Position numbers and translations under genes: made by a program. This document shows, one piece after another, positions 24,168-36,650 of a stretch of DNA of 64,000 nucleotides. A model generated the notes under the pieces. The model saw only the letters and a program-made list of their open reading frames with translations, ran no database searches and had not been told where the DNA came from. Each line of letters begins with the position of its first letter. Positions within the stretch are counted from its first letter, which is position 1. This stretch comes from Neoconidiobolus thromboides FSU 785 (lineage: Eukaryota > Fungi > Entomophthoromycota). The stretch is from assembly GCA_025603075.1 (NCBI GenBank), contig MU626271.1, positions 124,001-188,000 of the forward strand. Direction: 5' to 3'.

Positions 24168-24263
24168 GGGAATGTATTTTTTGTTTAAGAATTTTGCTAA
24201 CAATCTTTCTGCTCAAATAGCGCTTAAAAAATGGAAAAATAAGGAAACCAAAAGAACATCCTC
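24168..24263 (+). mobile_element. MITE-like repeat, copy 8 (right arm of palindromic pair)
   Basis: Separated from copy 7 by an 18-bp spacer. Confidence 0.9.
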
Positions 24264-25638
24264 ATACAGTGATTATTACCAAATTAAGTTTTAAATAGCA
24301 AGTTGTTAGATTCTATTGCTCTCTAAAATAAAAATAAAAATAAAATTTATTTTCAACTTTACCAATTTGATAATTATTTTTACTTATTCTGTCATAATTA
24401 AAGGTATGATTAGTAGTTGAACGTTAAAATCAAGTCAAAAATACACATAAAAATAAATTTAAAATAAAATAATCCTTTGAACTAATATGTAATATTATGA
24501 ACATCTAAAGATCGTTGTTGAATAAAGATAATCAATTTGGCTCTAAATTACAAATCCAATTATACTGAAAAAATCATGTTTTTCAAGATGCGGATAAATA
24601 TTAACTAATATTTCAACTAACGATAACATAACGTTATATCCCCTATCTTTAAATCGGGGGGAAGCTTGAGAGCTTTAAATTAAATTGCTTTTTGTATCTT
24701 ATATTCTGTTTACATACAATTTTTCATTAGTCTTTAGTTAAAAATGATTGCTTTTTAATCACTCAAAAAAACCTTAATGCTTATTTATTGCTTCAAGTTT
24801 TCTAGAATTTCAAAAGAATTATTGATCTATTTAGCGGCTATAACCTTTATAATGAATTCAATTTTCTAAGCGATAATAAATATTTTTAAAATGATTTGTT
24901 ATCTTTTACTATAAAAATTTCAGACTTTTCATTGAGCTGAGCTCTGTTACTTTAGCCATATACTAGGTTGGCATTTCTTGATGCAGTGAACTATAAGTAA
25001 AGCTAATAAAAGATAGCAGAATAGGATGTAAGAATCTAAAAAAATGTATATAGTTAGAAGGATATCCCGATTTTAACAAAATAACAAGTTAATGTTTTAG
25101 ATCCTTTATATCCAACATATTTTTCATAATATTAGGCTGGTATGATGTAGCTTTACACAAGTAGCTTAAGTAAATTTAACTATGCAAAACACAATTAAGT
25201 CATAACAACAGTTCCAAATATTCTCTAATAAAATGGTCTATTTTTATTAGTTGAATTTATTAAAACTTGTACCTGATTATTCTGAAAGTTATAAAAAGAA
25301 ACTAACTTTGAAAAGAACCTTTTATAGCAACCAATGAATGACTTAATAAGTCCTTAAAATATAGAAGCTAACTCTTAATAAATTAGTATAATAGACGATA
25401 TTGTGTTTATTCTATTACATGATGATATATTATTTGAATATACTATATGACAGTACATTTTATATTGTTATTAAGCTAGTATTAAATCAAGTTTGTGATA
25501 AAATTAAATTTGGTGTTAAATTGTTTGAATCTAATTGTAATCTAAAGATAGTAAACTTTCTTCCAGAGTTGAACTGGAACGTTAAATTGAGATGGGGTAA
25601 ATGAAGAACTAATTCCAGCCCAAAAAGTGCAGCTTAAA

Positions 25639-25647
25639 AACCAATCA
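25639..25647 (+). promoter_or_regulatory. CCAAT box (AACCAATCA) upstream of DMA1
   Basis: NF-Y/HAP consensus, ~195 bp upstream of the ATG. Confidence 0.45.
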
Positions 25648-25840
25648 AAATATTCAAAACAAAGCAAAATTTCAGTTGTCCTAAAAAAGTCTCAATTTAT
25701 TAATAGAATAAAGTTTTACAAGTTGGTTAGCACCATTAATCTATTTTTTAAATTTTAAAATCGTTTCTTTTTTATTTAACTTAACGGTTAAAAAGCTATC
25801 TTTTAACTATCATCTAATTTACATCCCGCGTAAATAACCA

Positions 25841-27192
25841 ATGCCAAATCCCTCCACACCCTTACAGAATAACCCACAAGGCTCAACTAGCACTAATGGC
25901 ACCCCTCCATTAATTCCTCAAATAAGGTTTGTGCCACATAATACTAGCTATGCGCGTTCCCTTCACTTTGAAGCTTTTTCAAGGGAAGTCAAAAATGGAG
26001 TAATTATTAAAGTAGGGAGATTCACTGATAAAGTTCAACCATCACTATCTAGGATTGCTTTTAAGTCTAAAGTAGTATCTAGGGCTCATGCAGAAGTTTG
26101 GACAGAAAATGGACAGGTAAAAAATCAATAGATTGAGATAGATAACAACTAAAGATAAAGAATAATTTATTCACCCTTTTTTGTTAGTTCTTTATTCGAG
26201 ATACTAAGTCAAGTTCTGGTACCTTTTTAAACCAACAAAGATTGAGTCCGCCTAATCAAGAGTCACTACCTACTCCTTTAAAGGACGGCGATATCCTTCA
26301 GTTGGGTGTTGATTATCAGGGTGGGGTACAAGGTATTATTAAGCTATTAATACTTTAAACCATTTTAAATGAGCATTTTAGATGTTTTCCGTTGTGTTAG
26401 AATTCGATTAGAAATTAATCGTACATGGCAGCATGATCAAGATAACCCATTTAGGTAATAACAAAGCTTTTAAAAAAGAGACACCTAATTAACATAAACA
26501 CTAGAAAAAAAGCATTACAAACCCTTGATGCATTAAAAGAAAATCTGAAACAAAGTGGCGCATTGGGTGCCTCAACAAGTGATCTTGAAGAATGTTGCAT
26601 TTGTTTATCGGCACTTGCTCCCTTTCAAGCACTATTTGTATCCCCTTGTTGCCATACATTTCACTATAAATGTATTTATCGACTTTTGATTGACGGGCCT
26701 TCTTTTGTATGTCCACTTTGTCGTACATATGCTGACCTTGATGCTGATGTATGTACTGAAGAAATTACAGAGGCATTAGAGAAGTCATCAATTAATGGAA
26801 ATTTGAATAATAATATTGAAGATAACAATAATAATAGCAATTCTTCGCCTGAACAAGCAAATGCTCAAATAGAAAATAATAATGTGCCAAGCGACAATAA
26901 TAATAATGAGGAAACATCTGAACACAATCCAGCTATAGTTGAAGGAACATGGAGAAATCAAGATTTACCACCACATTTAGGGGAGATATTGACACAACAT
27001 GAAGAAAATATAAATACATATTCAAATGAGATTCAAGATTGTCGTACACCAGCAAATCCTACGCCTAATTTATTTTTTTCAGAGAACCCTAATGAAGTCA
27101 ACTACAATAATACAATTTCGAACAATAATGGACCCAATACTTCTTCACCCTCCTCTCTTCTTTCACCCAATTTTGGGGAAGTTAGAAATTGA
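25841..27192 (+). CDS. DMA1: FHA-RING E3 ubiquitin ligase Dma1/Chf
   Basis: FHA motifs VGRFTD, FKSKVVSRAHAEVW, DTKSSSGTFLN, LQLGVDYQGG; RING ECCICL...SPCCHTFHYKC...CPLCR. Confidence 0.93.
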
Positions 27193-27343
27193 TAGTTTTT
27201 ATTCCATTTAATTTTGTTTGAGGTTAACCAAAAATGTTTCTTTTAATCTTACTTTGAATTTTTCTATATATTTTTCACTTTTTAAATAAAATATAATTAT
27301 AACTGATGTTTGTTATTTTTAATACAGTTTTATTTAATAGCAA

Positions 27344-28384
27344 TTAAAGATTAATTTGAGTAGTAATATGCGAAGGCGGAGCATTTAGAATTTTATACCT
27401 TAATTTACAAACCTTAATAAACTCATAAGAAGCATTCAAAAAAAAACACCAACCAATAATTAATAAACAATACGATAAAATCATCAAAGGTAACGTTAAC
27501 TTACCAAATGAGGGATCAATAGGATAATAGCTAAACTTAAACCTGGAGTCAAGTCCCAGTTGGATTTGTTCCATTTTATAAAATAGATAAAATCCATACT
27601 GTAAGAAAGTAACTCCCAAACCAGCGAGGGCAGCTTGCTTAGTGGCATGACTGAAATGAATAATATACGCAATAAAGAATCCAATAAATTGAAAGAAAGA
27701 ACCTGCAAATAGTACGAAGACAAAGCTAGTTAAAGTACCTACAGGTAATCCGTTGATAATAGGCTCGGAAGGATAGTTGGATATCATCCTTTCTTGAAAA
27801 AAAGAAGAAAAATTAAAACTAGGTGGTGAAGGCTCAGTCAAAGCTTGGTCATAATTCGGAAGTCCCTCCACTCCGTTTTCATATTCATAATCTTGTAATC
27901 TTTCTACAGGTTCCTCTTCTGTTTCAATTGAAACTGGAACACCTGAGCTACGCTCAGGCTTAGCGGCCATATTAAAGAATACTCCGTCATAACTTTTTAC
28001 AAAGTGGGACTTCATTAATGACGGTTTTTCAATATTAGCCCTTACTTCTTCATATCTTAGTACTGTGTCTTCTTGAGAAGATTCTGACGTTTGCTGAGTT
28101 TGTGTTAAGTTGGGAAGTAAACTACTTGTTTCCAGTTCGGGTTCTTCCTGAATTTCATTAGTACGGATATTGCTTTCTATGTCGATAATTGACAAATCCC
28201 CAGTTTCCATTACTATGTCTGAAGTCTGATTATCCCTTGATAATAGAGCATAATCGCTGTTCTCTTCAATGGGCGCGAATGGATCACTTTGTTCCAAGTC
28301 GTTTTGGGATAACTAGTAAGTAAGATTAGATATGATATTTGTTTTGTCGCTTTAAATTACTCTTATGTATTTATTGTTCCACAT
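27344..28384 (-). CDS. BSD2: Bsd2/NDFIP-type Rsp5 adaptor membrane protein
   Basis: Short first exon MWNNKYIR spliced to LSQNDLEQ; DGVFFNMAAKPE, PY-like LPNY and PPSF, LPVG...FQFIGFFIAYIIHFSHATKQAALAGLG; three TM helices. Confidence 0.85.
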
Positions 28385-28720
28385 TATGATGTATTAATAT
28401 CAAATTAATAAATTAATGAACTAAAAAGTAGCTTTTTATAAAATGACAAATCTAAATTTAAATTACTGCAATAGTAAAAGCTTGTTCTTGAACGCAATTG
28501 CTACAGTTCTCTTCTGACCTTATTGACCGCTTATTTAAGAATAAAGTTTTGATAAATTGTTCAAAAATTGAAATTAGGCGTTAAAAAACTAAACAAACAA
28601 ATAGCTAGCTATAAAAATCACCGCAAATTAGGTCGCAATAGACCAGTAGTAGCAGTAAATTGAGCTTATTAAAAAATTTGAAAATTCTGAAAATTGAAAT
28701 CTCTTTTTAGATATTTAAAA

Positions 28721-29215
28721 ATGGTTCTAACTCTCTTACAAAAAAGTATTAAACAATATGAGACTGGATACACAAAACAAAGCGAAACGAAAAAAGAAGA
28801 AGCAAAACAAATCCTTAGAAAATTGCCAAAAGTAAAACAAGGGTTAAAGAAAGCGAAATTTATCAAAAGATATCAACATTCCCTTAGTTATATTTCTAAA
28901 AATAAAGGCCAACAAAAGAAGAAGGCACTAGGTAAATTCAAAAAAGAATGTTAAGCTATATGTTGTTAATTCGATTTTTAGATCAAATCAAAGATGAGGT
29001 CCAAAAAAAGGAGGACTATTTTGAGTTTAATAGCAATTTATTGAGTAATCCTGGTTTGAGTTATGATAAAGAGTTATCAGAATTGAAAAGAGAGGTAATG
29101 CTATAATGAAATAGAGTAGAAGGTTTGTTAATATTATTTATAGATCCTTGGTCGTGACACTATTAAAAACAAAGTTAAAATCCTGAAGAAAAAAGAAAAG
29201 AAGAGAGACGATTAA
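28721..29215 (+). CDS. Hypothetical small Lys-rich protein (3 exons)
   Basis: Basic exon 1 to KKK, exon ...LSNPGLSYDKELSELKRE, exon ILGRDTIKNKVKILKKKEKKRDD*; composition resembles nucleolar proteins. Confidence 0.5.
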
Positions 29216-29538
29216 GTTATTAATATAGAATATAGAAACTCATTTGTTTTATGATTGTTTTTTAATAACTATTCACAATTTATTTTTATTGTTTTGTTAA
29301 GTTAATAGCACTTTTAATTAGAAAACGAATGATTTATGGTATTTACAAATTCATCCATTAAGCATTATTTTGTATTTTATATTTTGATTAAAATAGCGAT
29401 ATATAAAATATAATTAATATTAGCTAGTATTAAAAACACTGTTAGTTCCATTTATTAACAAAGAAAAAAGAATAGCGTGATCCATTTGATCTTAAAAATA
29501 ATAATAAAATATATGGACAAAGAAACTGTAGGGGAAAA

Positions 29539-31392
29539 TTAAGTAAGTATTTTGATATTATCCATCTGAGTAAGGTAAGCCGAAGCTGAAAGATCCAAAA
29601 CATGCATATCCCCAAAGAACTTGACTCCATCATACCCTCCAAAGACAAATAACCTTGCGTCATGTAGAATTGTGGTATGGTAGCCCCTTGGATTAGGAAA
29701 TGTTCCATACACTTTCCTAGTTTCCCAAGTCCCTTTTTCTAAAATTATAATTTAGTTTGTTATTTACTAGAATATATTAAAATCTTACGCAAATTAAGTA
29801 TCATTAATTCATTAGAGTAACTTCGATTATTACGTCCTCCTAACACATAAAAATAAGGCCCGACTAGAGTAGCTGTATGCGCTAATCTTGGAAGCCTTGA
29901 ACGAATTAATAATTCCACCCAATGACGTTTTTCTATTAATTGTTTTAGTACATAAACTTTAATTCTTATATTAATATTACCTATATCGAACATATAAAGA
30001 TCTTCAAAGCAATCAGTGCCATCTGACCCACCATATACAATAATACAATTACTTACAAGGGTAGAAGTATGGTAGCCTCTAGGTGGTGGTGCTTTGCCAC
30101 TTACTTCAATTTTAGACCACATATAGTTGTTGGGGTTGCCTAAAAATAAATTTAAGTATATTCATACTTATAATGCTAATCTAGACTACTTAAATCTAAA
30201 CGATAAACGTCATTTAGAGGGTATAAACCATCACCGCCGCCAAATATATATAACGAATTATTATAGTAGCAAGCAGTATGAGCACGACGTGGTGAAGGAA
30301 CTTCACCATGAGTTGGAGGAGAATACCAAGTTGAAGTAGCTACAGTAGTAGAAATAAATTAATAATGTTATTTTTATATAACAAATCTATTACCAGTATC
30401 TAAGATATGTAAATCGTTATAATAATTCGAGCCATTACCCCCTCCAAAAACAAATACCTTAGTTTTATCAACCAAAGTAGCTGAGTGAGCTCTACGAGGA
30501 GAAGGCGGTGTACCAGCAATTTGGGGTCTAGACCAATACATTGTATCTTTAAATCAGCTTAGTATAATTTTTAATGTTTCTAATTAAATATTACCTGTAT
30601 CAAAAACATAAACATCATTATAACATGATCGGGCATTACAGCCACCAAATAAATAAATCTGATCCCCAACCAAGGTAGTTGAATGTGCTCTTAATGGCTT
30701 AATAGGTCGATCCCCATGTCCAGGTATTTTTCTCCAATACATAGCAGGGGCAGGAGCAGGAGGAATATCCTGAACCTGAGGAGAGCCATTACTTATAGGG
30801 CTTAAGATTGAACTAGCGGAATCTGGCTTAACTAAGTCACCATTTAAAGATTTACGATTCGGATTTTTAATACCGATTTGGACCAAACCGTTTCCAAATG
30901 ATTTGGTATTAGATAGGTTAATTTTACCATCAACTGAAAACCTTGAGTTACTGCTCTTATTTTTCGTTTCAATGTTTGAGTTATTAGCCTCTGATTCATT
31001 ATTTGGCATTTGTAAGTCTAAAGATTGTAGCCTTAGACTTAATTGTGGGCTATTAATGTTACTTTTTTCTGTTTCTCCTTCTAGTTGGTCTGATATTGAG
31101 CTTTTTCTATGAATTATTGATGGTGTGTCTAATGTTAAATTACTCTTTGGTGTAGCAATGTACCTATTTAGTTCCTCTGTGGTATCTAAATGTAAGCTAG
31201 TATTGATACTAAAACGTTAATTCAGTAAATAAATTTAAAGTTGAATTACCTTTTTGAAGTAACCATAGGTTGTTCAGATTTACCGCTTCTTTTAATTCGA
31301 AAAAAATTTAAAGTAGGTGACTTTGAGTTGAGATCGGATTGAATACTCTTTGAACGAGCAATTAAAGGGAATCCTTTTGAATTTGAAGACAT
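29539..31392 (-). CDS. Kelch-repeat beta-propeller protein with low-complexity N-terminus
   Basis: PAPAMYWRK...LRAHSTTLVGDQIYLFGGC, RRAHSATLV, PRGYHTSTLV, RLAHTATLV, PRGYHTTIL...FGGYDG; six repeats across introns. Confidence 0.9.
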
Positions 31393-31564
31393 AATTAATT
31401 ATTAAATTAAAGTATTTTGTTGTTAATTAAATCTAAAGTATTATTTGGAATTAGTATAGTATTAATGTTTTTAGTATAAAATAGAAAGTAAACTTTAGTT
31501 CGATATTAGTAAGTATAATTAATTCAAATTTAAAAGTAGCCAATTATAGTTTAGTATAGGTAAG

Positions 31565-31573
31565 AACCAATCA
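31565..31573 (+). promoter_or_regulatory. CCAAT box (AACCAATCA) upstream of the kelch gene
   Basis: NF-Y/HAP consensus, ~175 bp from the ATG. Confidence 0.45.
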
Positions 31574-32637
31574 ATATTTTATTGTTAAATTTAATGCTTT
31601 GCTAGTGTAAGCCAATAATAAAGATAAAAAGCTGCGAGTCAATTTTAAATAAAATGCTTGAACCTCTTATTTTTATTTTATTTTAAATATTAGCTCAGCG
31701 CATATCATAAATGTTCGTCTTACTATGCTAAATCAGCTAAAAACGTTTTATTTGTTAGTAGAATTCAGCGAAAAGCAATTAAAAGGATTTTTATTTTATT
31801 CTCTTTAATGCACCTTAATTATGATCTACTTGAATATTTAAGGGTTGGAAATTAAGCCTTAAATATTTTCAGTTGAGTAAAATAGAGTATGATATTATTC
31901 TTATTAATAAAGTATCAATATTCACTATTTGTATATAACTAAATATAAATTTTATTAAGATATCAGCTGCGAATATACTTAGTAGAAAAAGTAAAGCTAT
32001 ATTTTTTATAATGTATATAGTAAAATTGGCCATAAAATTTAAATAAGACCCAGAAAAATTAACTATTTTAAAAAATTAAAAACTCCGAAAACCCATTTTT
32101 AGGTTAAATTTAATTATACTTCCCTGTGCTTTGACCCCATAAAGTAATAAATTAACTTTAATTTAAAACTATTATTTTTGTTAAATATATATATATTATA
32201 TATCCATTTCAAAATATAAGTGTTAAGTGTTGAATACTTAGTGATAATATGGTATTAATTGTTTTACGTTTGGACCCTGAGACCTAGTTAAGTTAGTTAT
32301 ATTTTATTTATAAAAAGGATTAATTCAAAAAAAAGACTGCATAATCTGTAATGGACATTTGTTTTTATAAGTTAAAAGTCTGGCCAAAACGTTTTAAGTA
32401 GAATCAGCTTACCAAACATCTGATTATCAAAAGTAAATTTAATAATGTAAAACTATTCATTTTAAATAAAATAGTTAAAATCTGTAATTCAAAAAGATAG
32501 TTTTTCATCATAAATAAATAATGTTCTTATTAGCTATTAGTAATGAAGCTTTTATAACTGGATTCTAAGTTTCTTGAAAGCCTAACAACAGATATTTTGA
32601 CTTTTGTTGAGACCAAAACATAAAAAATCTAAAATAT

Positions 32638-32733
32638 AGAGTTTTCTTGGTTTCATCACTTTTTCCATTTTTTAAGCGCTATTTAGGTAGAAAAACTAGT
32701 TAGTAAAATCCTTAAACAAAAAAACACATCCAC
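32638..32733 (-). mobile_element. MITE-like repeat, copy 9
   Basis: Reverse orientation, ends ACACATCCAC followed by ATAT. Confidence 0.8.
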
Positions 32734-32791
32734 ATATGCTTAAATTATGATTTAATATTTCAAATAATTAAAACAAACTTTATTTGTATAT

Positions 32792-32890
32792 GGGAGTGTT
32801 TTTTTTGGCTTCATTACTTTTTCCGTCTTTTAAGCACTATTTAAGTAGAAAGATTGTTAGCAAAATTCTTAAACATAAAAATGCATCCCC
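32792..32890 (-). mobile_element. MITE-like repeat, copy 10 (left arm of pair with copy 11)
   Basis: 99 bp; 3 differences from the reverse complement of copy 11. Confidence 0.9.
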
Positions 32891-33207
32891 ATATATTATT
32901 TTGAATGCAATATTATCATTATTGATAATATAACCCATTAAGCTGTACTTTGTCGATTTTTATAAAATAGAAGCTTTAATTTTATTTAAACAGTCTGATT
33001 TAAATAAAAATAATTATCATAATGAATATTGTTATAAACAAGCTTTATTTAAATTAAACTAAATCTAGTTTGATACAAGTTTACAAAACAACTAATTTTT
33101 AATATCTACAGTTTAACTTTTTAGAATATTTTTGATATTCTATATTTCCTAATATTAAAATAATCAAATTTAATTAAATTGATTTATATAATTATAAAAA
33201 ATGATAT

Positions 33208-33306
33208 GGGGATGTATTTTTGTGTTTAAGAATTTTGCTAACAATCTTTCTATTTAAATAGTGCTTAAAAGACGGAAAAAGTAATGAAGCCAAAAAAAAC
33301 ACTCCC
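33208..33306 (+). mobile_element. MITE-like repeat, copy 11
   Basis: 99 bp, located 317 bp from copy 10. Confidence 0.9.
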
Positions 33307-33618
33307 ATGTATAAAATTGCCAGACTTGTTTTGATTTGTTTTATTCCTCTACTAAAATCAAATATAATAACTATAGATTTTTTAATTCTTCTAGTTATAT
33401 TAATAGACTGATCTATTCTATTTTTAATAATATTTTATAGTATAGTAAATACATTGCATTATTTTAAGTTGTTGAACGATTTCAAACTTTTATTATTCAA
33501 TTATTAAATTTTTTTTTTATTTCATTAATTTCCATTGTTTTAATCAGACTATGCTTTGAAATAAATTTTTTGTTTTTTTACAATATCTAAAAAGTATTAA
33601 TAGAAATATATTACAAAC

Positions 33619-33717
33619 GGGGATGTATTTTTGGATTTAAGAATTCTACTAACAAACTTTCCGCTTAAATAGCACTTAGAAATGAAAAAAATAATGAAGT
33701 CAAAAAAAAACGCTCCC
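33619..33717 (+). mobile_element. MITE-like repeat, copy 12
   Basis: GGGGATGT...GCTCCC; family core. Confidence 0.85.
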
Positions 33718-34260
33718 AAACTCTTTTAAAAGTAGAACAACTTTATTAACAAAACAATTCAAATTAACATCTTAACAATTGATGGTCACTTTAAATATTT
33801 AGCTTGTTTTTGCTATACTAAAAGCAATAATAGTACAGAAATTAAAACATTTGTTCGGACCATGTAAAATTAACTATCAATAATAGTAAAATAGATAAAC
33901 TCTTTAGAAAAATTTAAAAGTAAACACCGTAATTATTTTATCCACAATCGAAATAAATGAAGAGATGGTTTACAAGAAAATAAAACTACAAACAAATCCT
34001 ACCCCTCTGTTGGTGAATATACAAACATTTTCCACTAAAACTTCAAAGATACCTTGATAATTTCGGTTGAATAACACAAATTACACATAAAGTAATGTTT
34101 GATATTTAACAAAAACCGCTCTGAGTTTATTTCACTTTCTCAGGTCCCTTAAGTTAGTCAAAAGAATAGTATGGCTCACTTGCAATTTTAACATAACTAA
34201 ATAAAAGCCTTTGAACATATCATGATTAGAAAAAGGCCTTTACCGAAGCAATGAGTAACT

Positions 34261-34500
34261 ATGAGGCCTTTTGGAAGACAAGCCGACTCTACTATTTTCT
34301 ATTTCAATCTCAACATAGTCCTCAAAAAAAATTGAGCAAGCTCCTTGTAGCTTAATTAGAGTCGCCATGGAATATTTTAGCTCATATTACTTTACCCACT
34401 TTTAATTTCAAAAATTTATTATATCAAAACCTTTATCACCTACTGTTTCCTATACATGTGACTAAATGGCTTGATTTTAAGTTGAAATATATTAATTCAA
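34261..34500 (+). pseudogene. Decayed coding fragment, possibly the post-RT region of a LINE ORF2
   Basis: About 80 codons with a single stop in AT-rich DNA: EAFWKTSRLYYFLFQ...KLLVA*LESPWNILAH, loosely like L1 LxLYY...ESPW segments. Confidence 0.25.
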
Positions 34501-35074
34501 AAAAAGATTAAAATCACTTTTTATTTACCATCATCACAAATACTACTCTTACTTTTATTTAAATAATCTCTTAAGTGTCCTGAAACATGACTATGAATAT
34601 GCCTAAAAAGTTGGATCAGCTTTTTTATCTGCTAATACCTGGCTGTTATTATAAAGCCAGGATAGTAACATGAAACTCAGTTATTTGAGTAATCTCTTCA
34701 TGGATTTTTGCAATAAAAGCCTTTTTGATTCATCATTTCATATTCCTAGTATTTCGTAGCTTTGAAAGATGCAACATTACATAAACTAAAATATCAGTTA
34801 TAGCCTTATATTAGTTTTGTTTAATTATCTTGCTATGTAAACCCATAGTCAAATCTCTGCTGATCGTTATATATTTTTTGCTTCAGTTTATATTATGTTT
34901 CTATAATATGTTCTACTCCCATATAGATATCAGATTATGTCAATAGTATAGTATTTTTCGGAAAATTTTAAATGAAATATTGGGAAATCAAAAATGAAAG
35001 ATGAAAACGATAAAATGAACTAAAAACGAATTTAATCTAATTTAAAAAACATATTTTTATACTATACAGAGGGA

Positions 35075-35878
35075 TTATAATGAAGAGTCAGAATCATTAT
35101 GGAATTTATATTGGAATTCTAAGTCATCCATACTCATTGTTAATGGATAATTTGTTTTGTAATTAAAGTCAATATCTTCAATATGTAAAGGTTCTTGAAA
35201 CTGAGGATAGCCATAAGTATTAAGATCGTTTTGGTGCATGATATTACTATCACTGACAGGTGGATAAGAATAGGAGTAATTGTTGGGTTGTGGAGTAGTA
35301 TTATTAGAATAGTCGTAGTTATAATACAATGAATTTAATGAGGAAGCATCACTGGTAGTATTAAATGAATAGCGTTGTTGATAATTATAGTCTAAGTTAC
35401 TATAACCATTATTACAATAGGCATATTGATTTGAGATCAATAAAGTAGTAGTAGGCAATCCTAAAGCGGATCTTTTAATATCTCTATCCAAGATATCATT
35501 TAACATGCGGTCATGAGGCACAGCATGAAAGTAAAATACCTTTTGTTTTTTCATGGTACGGATGCAATGATTTTTATGTAAAAAGCGTAAGAAATTAGAA
35601 TGACTAAGTTCTAATTTACAGTCTAAATTTGGCTTCAGGTTCCTTAAATCACTAAAGATACCCTCCTCTAGTTTTTTTTGATTGATAATTTGGCGACCTA
35701 ATAAGCTTAGCTTGTAGTTTAACGAGCGTATGATGTCCATTCCTGTTATATAGTGTTCGCCTTCCCATTGAATGCAACTTATGCTGCTGCCGTCCAACAA
35801 GTTAAACTTTAAAATTTTGTTCTCTTGCCCATTGAATTGAAAGTGGGCTTGCTTTAGAAAATGATTGATGGCATCCAT
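35075..35878 (-). CDS. STE-domain (Ste12-like) transcription factor, no C2H2 fingers
   Basis: ISCIQW...ITGMDIIRSL, KKLEEGIFSDLRNLKP, NHCIRTMKKQKVFYF..VPHDRM. Confidence 0.9.
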   Translation of the reverse strand: MDAINHFLKQAHFQFNGQENKILKFNLLDGSSISCIQWEGEHYITGMDIIRSLNYKLSLLGRQIINQKKLEEGIFSDLRNLKPNLDCKLELSHSNFLRFLHKNHCIRTMKKQKVFYFHAVPHDRMLNDILDRDIKRSALGLPTTTLLISNQYAYCNNGYSNLDYNYQQRYSFNTTSDASSLNSLYYNYDYSNNTTPQPNNYSYSYPPVSDSNIMHQNDLNTYGYPQFQEPLHIEDIDFNYKTNYPLTMSMDDLEFQYKFHNDSDSSL

Positions 35879-36233
35879 GATTGTAAGTTTAAGTCTAAAT
35901 GTATGTTATTAAAAGATAATATAAACTAACAAGAATTGATTCTCTTTTTATACTTTTATGAATTGTTGGCATATCATTAGTTTTACCTTTTTTTGTTCAG
36001 TTGTTATAATTACAACTTTACTACTACCCACCTATTACTTATATTTAATATTCTTTTTTTTTAATATTTTGTTGTTCTTTTTTGTTATTATAATTTAATT
36101 TGGTTTTACTTATCAAATTTGATGCTTCTTTTAGTATTATGTTGATCTTTTAGATGAATTTTATCTTTTATTAAATAAAATTTAATATTTTAGTTGTGGC
36201 TAATACTATGATCGACCTCGCCTATCGACACAC

Positions 36234-36251
36234 TGAAACTCGAGCTGAAAC
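36234..36251 (+). promoter_or_regulatory. Tandem TGAAAC (pheromone-response-element-like) pair upstream of the STE gene
   Basis: TGAAAC at 36234 and 36246 inside a GC-richer island ~360 bp upstream of the ATG. Confidence 0.3.
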
Positions 36252-36650
36252 TTAGCACATTATTGTTATTTTTAATAGTTTTTTGTAGTAATAGACTTAT
36301 GTTTTCATAATAGATTAAGACATTTGACTTTTTTCACAATAAACATGTACAATAATTTAACTTATTAATACAAAATGTCGACTTTATTAAATGTTTCATT
36401 TATTTAACAACTTTATTTTGATATTAAACTAGTACTTTATTTTAGATACAAAAATAAATTGTCTTTTGCCCAAAACACTAATGAAGTGAAATACTAAGCT
36501 GTTTATACAAACAATAACATGAATAAGTTTGACATCAATTTCAATAATAAATTACATTCTATATTTATTAAATATACTCTTTTATTAACATGAATTAAGG
36601 AAAATATTAATGATTATAAACTAGTTTTCGAAATGAAAAATTGAAGATTC

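Noticed and set aside
32555-32625. LINE endonuclease-like peptide FLESLTTDILTFVETK
   Set aside because: A single short motif with no supporting neighbours.
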